From a virus (lineage: Duplodnaviria; Caudoviricetes): a DNA stretch of 64,000 nt. The DNA is taken from IMG/VR virus record IMGVR_UViG_3300031414_000007, positions 32,001 to 96,000 of that record. One strand, written 5' to 3'. Made by a program: the position numbers and the translations under genes. How positions within the stretch are numbered: the first letter of the stretch is position 1; every line of letters begins with the position of its first letter. Below, one piece after another: positions 18,422 through 27,698 of this stretch. The notes beneath the pieces are model-generated. The model did not search any database. It saw nothing but the letters and a program-made list of their open reading frames with translations, and was not told the origin of the DNA.

Positions 18422-19100
18422 TAGCGGCGATCTGATCTACAAACAGATTCTTGATGGTAGTATTGAGATTCTGGACAGCACACTCGATCTGCATCGGCAG
18501 AGCAATGTGGTGCTGCGTAACACCAAAGAGCTGGGTATTGATATACTCAATGGAGTCTGGACTTATACTCCTAAGTACACGTATGAAAACAGACACCCTC
18601 TGGCGTATACGTTCGGTCAAATGATGGCTGATCCAAACAGCACGTATCAGGACCTGGCGAAGGAGCTTACAACCAAAGCGGAGCAAGATATGTTCTACGC
18701 GCCGCTGCGCAAGCTCCGTGCGTTCATAATCAACCATGATACAGTTACGGGTAAAACTGATTTGCGTATGCCGGACGCGTGGATCGTAAACATCGACGCT
18801 GCGCTGACAATGCGTGACTTCATGGGCGTAGTTGAAGGCTACGTTCAATCTAAGCAGCGTCAGGAAGTTGCGGATGTTGTCTTTGAGAAGTATTACGCCA
18901 CAGGCGAAAGCACAAAGAACTCCAAGGCACGTCTGTTGTTCAGTGGTGGTACGGTAGTTATGGTCGACCCGGATCGCCATACAGCTGGGACCGCCAATAT
19001 GTTCGATATGACGCCAATCTTCAAGTTCGTGTCGCGTCCGTGGAATCACGGCCTGACGCAGAATCATCTCCGTACCTATCGCAAGTTAGTAAATCTGTAA
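18375..19100 (+). CDS. hypothetical protein
   Basis: 241-aa ORF ending within promoter-like motif. Confidence 0.7.
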   Translation: MVSPLAKINIGSPLPDSGDLIYKQILDGSIEILDSTLDLHRQSNVVLRNTKELGIDILNGVWTYTPKYTYENRHPLAYTFGQMMADPNSTYQDLAKELTTKAEQDMFYAPLRKLRAFIINHDTVTGKTDLRMPDAWIVNIDAALTMRDFMGVVEGYVQSKQRQEVADVVFEKYYATGESTKNSKARLLFSGGTVVMVDPDRHTAGTANMFDMTPIFKFVSRPWNHGLTQNHLRTYRKLVNL

Positions 19101-19103
19101 ATA
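19092..19103 (+). promoter_or_regulatory. AATCTGTAAATA motif, copy 3
   Basis: Exact match overlapping stop codon, upstream of 19166. Confidence 0.7.
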
Positions 19104-19165
19104 CTAACTGCTAAAGTTACTCTATCTTATTCAGACTATCTTTCAACTAACATAAGGAAACAAGC

Positions 19166-19873
19166 ATGGCTTCTAAAGAACGTGCGGGCGTTGTGGACAA
19201 TTCTGCTAAGTCCGCTAAATCTGGCGGCAGCGCGGGTAGACGTGTTACTGCTCCGATCTACAACGGCACCCAAACTTCTGCGCATGTCGCATCCGCTGCA
19301 TCTACCTCTGTGCTGCCTGTCTCTGGCGTGTCTCTCGCTGCGCAAATCTACAGCCGCGCGGACAGCCTGCGTTACGCCACTTCTGAGTTATCTGAAACGT
19401 TGCAGCGCCTGGGCCTGTACGAACCGGCTCCTTCGAAAGGCGAAGATCTGGCGAGCGCTGCCCACGATAACGTGCTGCGTGTTATCAACGAAGAACTCAA
19501 CGGCGCGATGCGTTTCGCTAACAACGTTCTGTTCTCGTCCGTTCACGGCGACGACGAAGAAGAAATCGGCGAAGATTGTGACACTGAAAAAGAAACCCAG
19601 GGCGCTATTCATAAAACGCAGTTCGGCCGCAGTATTTACGGTGACGCACAGGCAGCCATCTCGCGTCTGCTGAGTATTCAGAGCCTGGCCAATCGTGTCA
19701 ATCTGTCTCTGGTTGGCGTTGAAGGTCCTGCTGACTGCCGTGCTGCTCAGGTGAACGATAGCGTTCACGGCTGCCTGTGCAATCTGGCCGATCACATCGA
19801 CGACACCGTCACTACTCTGCATCGCGTTAATGCAGACCTGATGACCAACCTGTTGGGAGTTAACGGGCAATGA
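19166..19873 (+). CDS. hypothetical alpha-helical protein
   Basis: AAGGA RBS; strong codon bias. Confidence 0.75.
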   Translation: MASKERAGVVDNSAKSAKSGGSAGRRVTAPIYNGTQTSAHVASAASTSVLPVSGVSLAAQIYSRADSLRYATSELSETLQRLGLYEPAPSKGEDLASAAHDNVLRVINEELNGAMRFANNVLFSSVHGDDEEEIGEDCDTEKETQGAIHKTQFGRSIYGDAQAAISRLLSIQSLANRVNLSLVGVEGPADCRAAQVNDSVHGCLCNLADHIDDTVTTLHRVNADLMTNLLGVNGQ

Positions 19874-20865
19874 TCGACTTCAAATCTGTTAAGTTTGACG
19901 AAGACCGTAAGCCGTACATCGTTGAACGCGGCGCTAAGGGTAAGTTCCAGCGTCGTTATCTGACTGACGCAGAACAGCAGGAGCACAAAGAGTGGGACGC
20001 CAAGCGTGTTAGCAAACTGAACGCAGCCGCTGTTCGTCCGGCTCGTGGCCAGACTGAATCTTTCCAGCACGTCGATACTGTCGGTACTGATCGTGCCTCA
20101 GCACGTAACTCTACTCTGCGTACTGGCTACGGTTTAGCTGACGGTCCTACCGGTCCTGTTGGTCCGGGACCATGTCCTGTCGGCGCTGACCCTCTGATTC
20201 CGTATTCTCTGGAAAGCGGCTCAGAGCAGGACGTCCCGGTCGGCCAGCGCGTAGCTCGTCGTTCTGTTAACCTGATGGACAGCCTTGCGCATCTGACGCT
20301 GGCTTTGTATGAGTTCGGCGCTATCGACAATGCGTGTGTTGCTGATGTTCGTTCGCGCGTCATGGACCTTGCAGAAGGTCTTCATGAAGACGAAGACTGT
20401 ATGCGCATTCAGGCAGAAGACGAGCTGGTGGAGCCTTACTACTACGTTAAGTCTATGGCTGCGCTGCTGCACGGTTCGTATACTCAGTCGCGTACTCAGG
20501 CTCCGTTGAAAGTTGTTGGCTACCACGCCGCACCGGTTATTACTCTGACACAGTACCTGATGGGTCTTGTCTTCCCCGAAGGCGATATGGCACGTCGTGC
20601 TCAGACCGGTAACCTGCTGCGTCGCGGTGACGAATCCGTGCGTGATCTGGCGCTGGACATTATGACCGTGTACAACAACATTCAGGCTGACATTAGCGAA
20701 GCTGGTATTCGTCTGCTGGGTGAGATGCCGGAAGAAATCGGCGGGTTGAATGTAGGTCTGGGTGAGCTGGCGTCTCTGGACGTCGTTCGCGCCGTTGACG
20801 AAATGCTGGAGTATCTGGTGATTCGTATCGACGGCCTGACGCAGATGCTGCGCGACCAACTGTAA
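19870..20865 (+). CDS. hypothetical alpha-helical protein
   Basis: GGGAG RBS; strong codon bias. Confidence 0.78.
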   Translation: MIDFKSVKFDEDRKPYIVERGAKGKFQRRYLTDAEQQEHKEWDAKRVSKLNAAAVRPARGQTESFQHVDTVGTDRASARNSTLRTGYGLADGPTGPVGPGPCPVGADPLIPYSLESGSEQDVPVGQRVARRSVNLMDSLAHLTLALYEFGAIDNACVADVRSRVMDLAEGLHEDEDCMRIQAEDELVEPYYYVKSMAALLHGSYTQSRTQAPLKVVGYHAAPVITLTQYLMGLVFPEGDMARRAQTGNLLRRGDESVRDLALDIMTVYNNIQADISEAGIRLLGEMPEEIGGLNVGLGELASLDVVRAVDEMLEYLVIRIDGLTQMLRDQL

Positions 20866-20880
20866 TCTGCTGTAGAAAGC

Positions 20881-20918
20881 AAAAAGGGCGGCCCTCGTGA
20901 TTGAGAGTCGCCCTTTTT
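20881..20918. terminator. bidirectional terminator between convergent gene blocks
   Basis: AAAAAGGGCG...CGCCCTTTTT inverted repeat with A/T tracts on both sides. Confidence 0.85.
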
Positions 20919-20920
20919 CG

Positions 20921-21385
20921 TTATAGCGCTAAACCTATGCCGATAGCTGCTGCAATGCGTGTCAACCACAATTGAAAATCCGCAGACTTCTGATCTTCAA
21001 TACGTGCCTTACGCTCTGCTGCCAAATCATCGGATAGTCCATTCGCTCTCACCTCTTCGGCTTGAGCCAAACGCAATAGCTTGTTGCGTTCATCAATGGT
21101 CAGATTGAGCACATCGAGTAACTTGTTTCGTTCCTCGGTGCGGTCTTTCCCTGCCTGATACAGATTAATCAAATCAACCATTCCCTTGTTATCAAGCACT
21201 GCAACCTTCTTGTCTTCTACCACTTTGATAGTGACAGTAGGCTTGGCAGGAACGGCTTCCTTTTCCCACTCAACTTTGTTGATCTGCTGAATATCTTGCA
21301 TGGTTGTTTTCTTGGTTGCATCAATCCCAGATAACGAACTGCAACCAGTCACTAGCAAGCACAGGAGTAACGTGATTATTTTCAT
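20921..21385 (-). CDS. lipoprotein spanin (o-spanin-like, with hydrophobic C-terminus)
   Basis: Lipobox LVTG-C with Ser at +2; coiled-coil; C-terminal LWLTRIAAAIGIGLAL. Confidence 0.7.
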   Translation of the reverse strand: MKIITLLLCLLVTGCSSLSGIDATKKTTMQDIQQINKVEWEKEAVPAKPTVTIKVVEDKKVAVLDNKGMVDLINLYQAGKDRTEERNKLLDVLNLTIDERNKLLRLAQAEEVRANGLSDDLAAERKARIEDQKSADFQLWLTRIAAAIGIGLAL

Positions 21386-21678
21386 AGCTTATTGTACCTG
21401 TCCACCAGCTCGTCCATGCTGTCATCTTTACTTGGAGGCTTAACGTCAGTCTCAGGCTTCCGCGTATTCAGATCTTTCACCGCATCGTTAACAGTCTTGC
21501 TGTCTTGAACTTGGTTCTCGATTGCTGCCTCACGCGTATTGTCAGCGGCTTTCTGCTCACCTGTAGTAGTCGATGGGCTTGCCTTTGGGCGACGGAACAA
21601 CAGCGCCGTTACGACGAGCACAACAACAGATGCGAAAACCTTCCAGTATTTCATAAACACTTCAATAGCCTTAGACAT
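21382..21678 (-). CDS. i-spanin-like inner-membrane protein
   Basis: N-terminal TM VFASVVVLVVTALLF, polar helical remainder; coupled to the lipoprotein gene. Confidence 0.6.
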   Translation of the reverse strand: MSKAIEVFMKYWKVFASVVVLVVTALLFRRPKASPSTTTGEQKAADNTREAAIENQVQDSKTVNDAVKDLNTRKPETDVKPPSKDDSMDELVDRYNKL

Positions 21679-21692
21679 AATCACGCTCTCCA

Positions 21693-21998
21693 CTATTCTT
21701 TATCTGTCTCCTGCTTCTCTGCTTTAGTCGTCTGCATGTTGACAAGGTTCTCAACAGTAAACGCAAGGGAGAAGTAGGTAAGATGGTCGGTCTGACCATT
21801 CATCAGCAAGCCAATGAACATACCGGTAGACACGAACACTGCGGCGACGGAGGAGATTGGATTCAGCGTCCAGTACTCCTTCCAGTTTAAGCCTTCTCGC
21901 TTAGTCTTGACCACGTAGTTCATCAAGACACCGCCGACGTATGAAAGAAAGAAGGCTACGATTTGGATTGTCGGCATTTGTGATATTACATCACCCAT
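21693..21998 (-). CDS. putative holin
   Basis: 101 aa, 2-3 TM segments, charged C-tail, second Met at codon 8; upstream of spanin-like genes. Confidence 0.6.
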   Translation of the reverse strand: MGDVISQMPTIQIVAFFLSYVGGVLMNYVVKTKREGLNWKEYWTLNPISSVAAVFVSTGMFIGLLMNGQTDHLTYFSLAFTVENLVNMQTTKAEKQETDKE

Positions 21999-22020
21999 GT
22001 TGCAATACTCCCTATTTGAC

Positions 22021-22052
22021 AAAAGAAAGGGAGAGCCGAAGCCCTCCCTATA
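22021..22052 (-). terminator. intrinsic terminator
   Basis: GGGAGGGC-TTCG-GCTCTCCC-TTTCTTTT on - strand. Confidence 0.85.
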
Positions 22053-22054
22053 GA

Positions 22055-22294
22055 TCAAAGATGGTCAGAGGTAATCTGACCATCTTGATACAGTTCGCGC
22101 TTACGCGCTTTCCACGTTGAAGAAAGTTCAGAGAAGAACTCTCTCGCACGATCATCGTCAAGCTCAAACGGTTGCTGTACGCCATACTTAGCGCACAGGC
22201 CATTGAACGTTGCATTGTACTCGGTCTGCAAAAGCGATTTGTCCGCGCTCTCGCTGATATACTGCTTGGCCGACATTGCTACTGTTAGTTGCAT
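22055..22294 (-). CDS. hypothetical protein
   Basis: GAGGA RBS; TAATTT motif upstream. Confidence 0.7.
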   Translation of the reverse strand: MQLTVAMSAKQYISESADKSLLQTEYNATFNGLCAKYGVQQPFELDDDRAREFFSELSSTWKARKRELYQDGQITSDHL

Positions 22295-22329
22295 GATACC
22301 ATCCTCTTATTATCTACTCGCATAAATTA

Positions 22330-22929
22330 TCATGCGAATTTCAAAACGAGGTCGTTCACGATAACAGCCTTGGACTGGTCAGTAGGCGTGGTGTTGTTTG
22401 CATACACTTTACCCCCAACCAGGCGTAAGTCTGCATTCGACACCTCGCTGCCAACACTACACACAGCAAGAAATGCAGCGCCTGCATCGTTGTTGCCTGT
22501 CTGCAAGTTGATCGTGTTTGAGTACGCACCGACAACAATACACCAAGTAGGCGTAGCGTCTTTCAGGAAATAACTCGAACGGTTATCGCTGTACGAGACA
22601 GCAAGGCGCATGTTCATCGCAGACGCAAGCAGCACAGGCACGTTATTGGCAAGCAGTGATATAGCAGCCTTGTTGCCTGTAACACCACCAACATAGTCAG
22701 CAACGCGGGCATTCAACAGAGGCCCGATGCGCGTGTACACTGCGCTGTTGCCTGCCAACTGAGTGGCCTCTGCAAGCATTGCTTGCACTTCTGCTTTAGT
22801 AGGCATCGTGCCAGTATAAAACAGAATTGAGTTGGTAGTTGTGGTGAACGAGGTAGGTACCGAAGTTCCAACAAGACCGTTGTATGCACTGCGCATCATC
22901 GCATTCGCTGTAGCAGGAAGCATTCTCAT
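22330..22929 (-). CDS. virion fibre-family paralog (short type)
   Basis: ILFYTG-MP, ATPTW, VG....ADLRL motifs shared across the array. Confidence 0.75.
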   Translation of the reverse strand: MRMLPATANAMMRSAYNGLVGTSVPTSFTTTTNSILFYTGTMPTKAEVQAMLAEATQLAGNSAVYTRIGPLLNARVADYVGGVTGNKAAISLLANNVPVLLASAMNMRLAVSYSDNRSSYFLKDATPTWCIVVGAYSNTINLQTGNNDAGAAFLAVCSVGSEVSNADLRLVGGKVYANNTTPTDQSKAVIVNDLVLKFA

Positions 22930-23840
22930 TACGCACCCTCCACAAAGTTGTCAGCTATACGAATGGTAAGATCAGAAACAGCCATCATGCCATACTCGCC
23001 AATAGAAGTCGTACCCAGTGTAATATCGGTACCTACATCCAGCACCATGCCGAAGTAGTCCTCAGTTGTAGAGCCTAGGTAGGCTTGAGTTGTACTCGGC
23101 ACACTTCCCGTCAGTGGTACAAGCACAACGTGCGTCAGAGCAGCAACAACAAAGTCACTGCCTTTCTCGACATACGGAGTGAATGACAACTGGTTCGTAG
23201 TAGACGTACCGTTCATGCTCAAGCGTAACTTACGCGCCAGAATATTCAGACCATCATTCATGCCTGTAGTGACAGTGATACGCGTCCAGGCCAGAGTTGT
23301 CGGGTCTTGATACTCAAGGCGAATGTTACCAGCATTGATTACGTTCGCATTTGGAATAAAGAACGAACGGAAGCGTAGAGTACGGCCGTAGTCGTATTCC
23401 ACTGTGTCGTTCGCATCCCACGCAGGAGCAATACCAACAGTTACGTCAGAACAAGCAGCAACGTTGGCCAGCACCTGCTGCGGTGTCTTACTCCATCCTG
23501 CGCTTGGAGTATAGCGAGAGTATTCTGGGAACACCGCATACGTCTGGATAGGCTGTTTGGTAGTCGGGTCAATTGTAACACGACCCTGACCGTAGCCGCC
23601 AATCGGCATAAGACTGCGTGCCTTGCTGTACTGACGGCATAAGATACCGTTAGCATCGGCGACCTGAGTCTGGTACTTGATCTCCACGGCAGCACGAGAC
23701 GAAGCGACAAGGTCAACCAACGTCTTAGGAACGTTGTTGCTACTACCGTTTCGAAAGAACGCTGCCCAGCCACTTGCGTTTGTAGAAGTGCCTACAGTTT
23801 GCAGTAGCTGGTAGAGCGCTTGTTTTTCAGAGACTAACAT
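22929..23840 (-). CDS. virion fibre-family paralog (long type, jelly-roll insert)
   Basis: EYDYG...ARKLRL insert; LTHVVLV...LDVGTDITL C-module. Confidence 0.7.
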   Translation of the reverse strand: MLVSEKQALYQLLQTVGTSTNASGWAAFFRNGSSNNVPKTLVDLVASSRAAVEIKYQTQVADANGILCRQYSKARSLMPIGGYGQGRVTIDPTTKQPIQTYAVFPEYSRYTPSAGWSKTPQQVLANVAACSDVTVGIAPAWDANDTVEYDYGRTLRFRSFFIPNANVINAGNIRLEYQDPTTLAWTRITVTTGMNDGLNILARKLRLSMNGTSTTNQLSFTPYVEKGSDFVVAALTHVVLVPLTGSVPSTTQAYLGSTTEDYFGMVLDVGTDITLGTTSIGEYGMMAVSDLTIRIADNFVEGA

Positions 23841-23849
23841 AATGCCTCC

Positions 23850-24383
23850 TTAGAGTTTGATACGCATATCAGCAACACGCAGAGGCTGACCAGCAACAAC
23901 AGCACCGCCCAGGATTTTCATATCAGCAGTAGAGTTCTCGTCACCAACAGTACCGACGATGCAGTTATACAGGTTAGTGCCTGTAGTAAAGCCTGACCAC
24001 GTATCAATGGTCGTACCAGCAGAACACTGACGCAGCATGAACCACGTAGGCGTACCAGAAGCAGCGATGTTGAAAACGTTAGGCTGGCTGCTCAGTGGCA
24101 GATTCAGTACGTTGTTATCGTAGTCCATGGTAGGAGTGAACGTACCAAGAGATACGTTGCCTAAGAAGTTTGCTGTGGTTGCGAATGCAGAAATGGCAGC
24201 GGCCGACCACGTAGTTTGAGTGCTCGCAGTCGTCAACAGAGCCTGTAGTTGTTCATCAGTTGGCGGAGTACCTGAGAACAAAGCAAGGTGAGTCAAGTTG
24301 CCGCCAACAGATGCACCCGGCAGCATACGAGTGCAGATAGCAATCTGAGACTGTAGTGTGTTGTAGGCTTTAGAAACGCGCAT
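23850..24383 (-). CDS. virion fibre-family paralog (short type)
   Basis: LALFSGTPP, SGTPTWF, GTVG...ADMKILGG. Confidence 0.78.
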   Translation of the reverse strand: MRVSKAYNTLQSQIAICTRMLPGASVGGNLTHLALFSGTPPTDEQLQALLTTASTQTTWSAAAISAFATTANFLGNVSLGTFTPTMDYDNNVLNLPLSSQPNVFNIAASGTPTWFMLRQCSAGTTIDTWSGFTTGTNLYNCIVGTVGDENSTADMKILGGAVVAGQPLRVADMRIKL

Positions 24384-24384
24384 G

Positions 24385-25449
24385 TTAGTATACCTCAGTT
24401 GCGACAGGTTTATAAGTTACAGTGAACGAGCTAATAGCCTGTTCCTGCGCAGGGTAAACAGTGGCGTCGTTAATAACGAGGTCGTAGTTCGCTGCCTGTT
24501 TCAGATCGTCAGTGATAGATACGCCATAGTGCGCAAAGTAACGACCAAATGATATAGCCGCCAGATTGACGGAGAAGGATGGTGTTGTCCACACAGCTCC
24601 GTAGGCGAAAGGTACCATGACGGCGTGCTGAATCTTGCCCAAAACACGCGGCGAAGTACCAGAAGCATAATCACCGTAGAAGTGCAGAGCGAATACACCG
24701 ACGCCGTTAGGGAATGGGTTTGCCGCAGCTTTCGATACGATGCGGAAGCGACGGGCCTGAACAGTAGCTGGAAGCTGGAAGAACTTCTCTGAGTTCAGGG
24801 CAGTAGCAGGCAGATTAACAGACAGGTTAGTGACGTCTACCCACGAACTGCCTTGCTGCATCTGTAAGAACAATGCAGTGGCTGCGCTGTTGATAAACAG
24901 GTTATTCGAGCTGTCTGTTTGCGTAAATCCAGCGAGAGAGTTGATAACCACTTCGGCGCCAAAGTCATACTCAGCAAACGTCCAGGAACCATCAGCATTG
25001 GCCTGCTTCACTGCCGGAATAGAAGCGGTCTTAGCCAGTGCAGCACAAGAGGTCAGCGTTGCGTTTTGAGTAGACGCACAGCGATGGGCCATGATAGTGG
25101 CAAAGATAACATCCAGCTGGGAACCGAACTGAGACAGGTTACCTACTAGATCTTGGTAGACCGTGCTGTATGTGGCGAACGTCACTTTTGGCAGTACGCG
25201 CTTGCCGCGATAGCCCTGAACTGTAGTCCACGCAGGAGCAGGAGATACCTGATAGTTGGAGACAGTTGTTGGAAGGGCCTGATGTTGGGAGTTACCCAGT
25301 TGAGTCTGCAAGAACGCACGGCTGCTTACCATGTTGTTCAGAACGGTTTGCAGATCGTAGTTCAACGTGGCGGGAAGATTCCCTTCCATAAATGCGCCGA
25401 ACACTACTAGAGGAGTGTTCTGATAAATCGGTAGAATTTTCATATTCAT
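24385..25449 (-). CDS. virion fibre-family paralog (long type, discoidin/F5-8C-like insert)
   Basis: AEYDFGAE...LPATVQARRFRI...FYG. Confidence 0.75.
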   Translation of the reverse strand: MNMKILPIYQNTPLVVFGAFMEGNLPATLNYDLQTVLNNMVSSRAFLQTQLGNSQHQALPTTVSNYQVSPAPAWTTVQGYRGKRVLPKVTFATYSTVYQDLVGNLSQFGSQLDVIFATIMAHRCASTQNATLTSCAALAKTASIPAVKQANADGSWTFAEYDFGAEVVINSLAGFTQTDSSNNLFINSAATALFLQMQQGSSWVDVTNLSVNLPATALNSEKFFQLPATVQARRFRIVSKAAANPFPNGVGVFALHFYGDYASGTSPRVLGKIQHAVMVPFAYGAVWTTPSFSVNLAAISFGRYFAHYGVSITDDLKQAANYDLVINDATVYPAQEQAISSFTVTYKPVATEVY

Positions 25450-25509
25450 GCCCTTGGTTTAAAGACAGTTCAAATTAATGACGTGGCAGCCGAAGCCACC
25501 ACGTAAGTA

Positions 25510-26034
25510 TTACAGTTGAATGGTAAGATCAAGGAAGCGATAAGCCTGACCCGTCTTAATCGTACCACCAATGAACTGTAGTTCCGCATCAGACCCTTGA
25601 TCGCCGACAGTGCCTATCCAGAAAGGACCAGCTATCGCAGTATTGTATGCAAAGCCAGCCCACGAGGCCACAGTGTTCGAAGTAATGCTACGCGCAACAT
25701 AGAACGTAGGCGTGCCGTCAGCCTCTCCGGTCAATGTCGAAGATAAACCCCCAAACGGCAAAGTCACGGTACGAGCAACCGCATTAACTATGGGCGTCAT
25801 TGGAGGGCAGGCCATATCTCCGAGATAGTTTGTCTGGAGCAGACCGAGATTTGATACAACGCTTGCCCAGTTGAGCACACTACCTACACCACCATGAGGC
25901 ATCAAGTCCAGCGCTTTGCTGATCTTAGGTGCAGTGCCTTTGAATAACGCTATGTGCAAAAGCCCGTTGGAGATCTGAACCGCAGGAAACGCAGCATTCA
26001 TCTGAGCAAGCGAAAGACCTTTATTGCTAATCAT
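25510..26034 (-). CDS. virion fibre-family paralog (short type)
   Basis: IALFKGTAP, DGTPTF, GTVG...AELQFIGG. Confidence 0.78.
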   Translation of the reverse strand: MISNKGLSLAQMNAAFPAVQISNGLLHIALFKGTAPKISKALDLMPHGGVGSVLNWASVVSNLGLLQTNYLGDMACPPMTPIVNAVARTVTLPFGGLSSTLTGEADGTPTFYVARSITSNTVASWAGFAYNTAIAGPFWIGTVGDQGSDAELQFIGGTIKTGQAYRFLDLTIQL

Positions 26035-27107
26035 ACGCCCCTCCCAACGAGTGCATCTTGCTTAATACGGAACGTCGGCACAGGTGCTTCACCGAACGTT
26101 ATGCTGTAGCTTGTGTCCGGCATAACGATATCCGTACTGGCACCTAACTTGAGATCGTCAGTGACAGTAAGGTGTGTCATTCCAAAGTAACGACCGGCAA
26201 CAGTCGCAGCAACCGCAGGAAGATTGAAGTTCCACGGCGTACTGTTTGCGTAGCTCGCATTCGCCATCAGGTTCAGTATAGACATATGCTTGTACTTACC
26301 TAATGTGCGTGGCTTCGTTCCTGTATAGTTGCCGTAGAACTGCAAGCTAAACGGATAGTGCCCTGTAGTAGACCATGGCCATGCTACTGTTTTGTTGATC
26401 AGACGCCACTTCTGCGCTTTAATTGTCGCAGGTAGGCTGTAGGCAACAGGCGAGTAGTTGCTGTTGGTACGAACGTTTGCGTAAATATCTACAGCATCAG
26501 TCCAGACATCTCCGATAAGAGCTTGCAGCACAGTGCCTTGAGTACCGAGAGGCATAAGTGAAGCAACACCGGCACCTATGTTCACACCAACAAGTCCTTT
26601 AAGTTCCATCTCAGCGCCGAAGTCATACTCGGCCATCAGCCAGTTACCTGCCTCGGTAAGACTGTATTGAGGACTCAGATAGTTGCCTGTGTTTACTGAG
26701 AACTGCGTCTGCGTCGTGCCCATCTTGTGCGCGAGAATGGTAACAGCCACGCTCTCATTGTACGCATTGACGGTAGTGGCGAAACGCGCATCAAGCGCAG
26801 GCAGTCGTACCTTAGGCACGATTCGCATCAACGCATTAATAGCGGCACCGTAGCCCAAAGAGCCGCTAAACTCTACCCACGCAGGATAGAAGTTCGTGCT
26901 GAGAAACGTCGATGCAGTTACTGGGTTGAACTGCCAACGAAACGGCGCAGTGCTTGCAGGCTGCTTTTGAAACAAGCGAATGGCAATAGCATCGTTGAAG
27001 GTGCTATGAATACCACGCTCACCATTTGCAGGCACATCGGTGTCATACAACAGACCCAGCGAGAACACCGAAGCAATGTTCGCCGCTTGGTACGGGAAAA
27101 GTTCCAT
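26031..27107 (-). CDS. virion fibre-family paralog (long type, discoidin/F5-8C-like insert)
   Basis: AEYDFGAE...LPATIKAQKWRL...FYG; clear paralog of 24385-25449. Confidence 0.75.
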   Translation of the reverse strand: MELFPYQAANIASVFSLGLLYDTDVPANGERGIHSTFNDAIAIRLFQKQPASTAPFRWQFNPVTASTFLSTNFYPAWVEFSGSLGYGAAINALMRIVPKVRLPALDARFATTVNAYNESVAVTILAHKMGTTQTQFSVNTGNYLSPQYSLTEAGNWLMAEYDFGAEMELKGLVGVNIGAGVASLMPLGTQGTVLQALIGDVWTDAVDIYANVRTNSNYSPVAYSLPATIKAQKWRLINKTVAWPWSTTGHYPFSLQFYGNYTGTKPRTLGKYKHMSILNLMANASYANSTPWNFNLPAVAATVAGRYFGMTHLTVTDDLKLGASTDIVMPDTSYSITFGEAPVPTFRIKQDALVGRGV

Positions 27108-27116
27108 AGCGCGTCC

Positions 27117-27698
27117 TTAGCTGAATGTGATGTTGTTAAGAATGATAGTGCCATTCAGATTGAACGTACCATCGTTATTGTCCGTGAGAGACGCACCCAT
27201 AGCAATCAGATCCTGAGCTGTGAACTCAACAACCGTAGCAACTCCAACAGTTGCAGGAGCGAGTGTAGTGGTGGTCTGACTAATGAACAGATACATGCGA
27301 TTGAAAGGCTTCGCATAGGAGAAGCGACCAAGCAGACTATTCAGGTCAAACATGCGCTTACCATTGCCTGCGTTGACAACACGCAAAGTACCTGTCGAGG
27401 CATAAGCAGTGTCCATCACGCATCCTGGAACGTTAGCTGCCAGATAAGTACGCAGAGAGTTCAGGCTAAACAGAGCTTGCGCTTGGTTAGTCCAGGTGTT
27501 ATCAGGCACCGCATCTCCTGAGGAGAACACAATCGCGGCAGCAGGCTCAGCAGAGACATGCGTACCACCAGCTTGCATCGCATTTGCCGCATTGTATGCA
27601 GTGACTGAGCTAGGCAGCCACGGAGCTTCAACAACAGCAGCCGCAGATGAACCCAAAACATCGCCACGCATATTGAGCATCGCTTTAGAGATATACAT
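27117..27698 (-). CDS. virion fibre-family paralog (short type, divergent)
   Basis: IVFSSGDAVP; similar size and position. Confidence 0.6.
   Translation of the reverse strand: MYISKAMLNMRGDVLGSSAAAVVEAPWLPSSVTAYNAANAMQAGGTHVSAEPAAAIVFSSGDAVPDNTWTNQAQALFSLNSLRTYLAANVPGCVMDTAYASTGTLRVVNAGNGKRMFDLNSLLGRFSYAKPFNRMYLFISQTTTTLAPATVGVATVVEFTAQDLIAMGASLTDNNDGTFNLNGTIILNNITFS

Noticed and set aside
20146-20190. GPTGPVGPGPCP collagen-like stretch in gene 19870-20865
   Set aside because: Only about three triplets, too short for a triple helix.
315-20859. Many - strand ORFs over the + strand block, and + strand ORFs over the structural block
   Set aside because: Antisense shadows of codon-biased genes, with no RBS or recognisable motifs.
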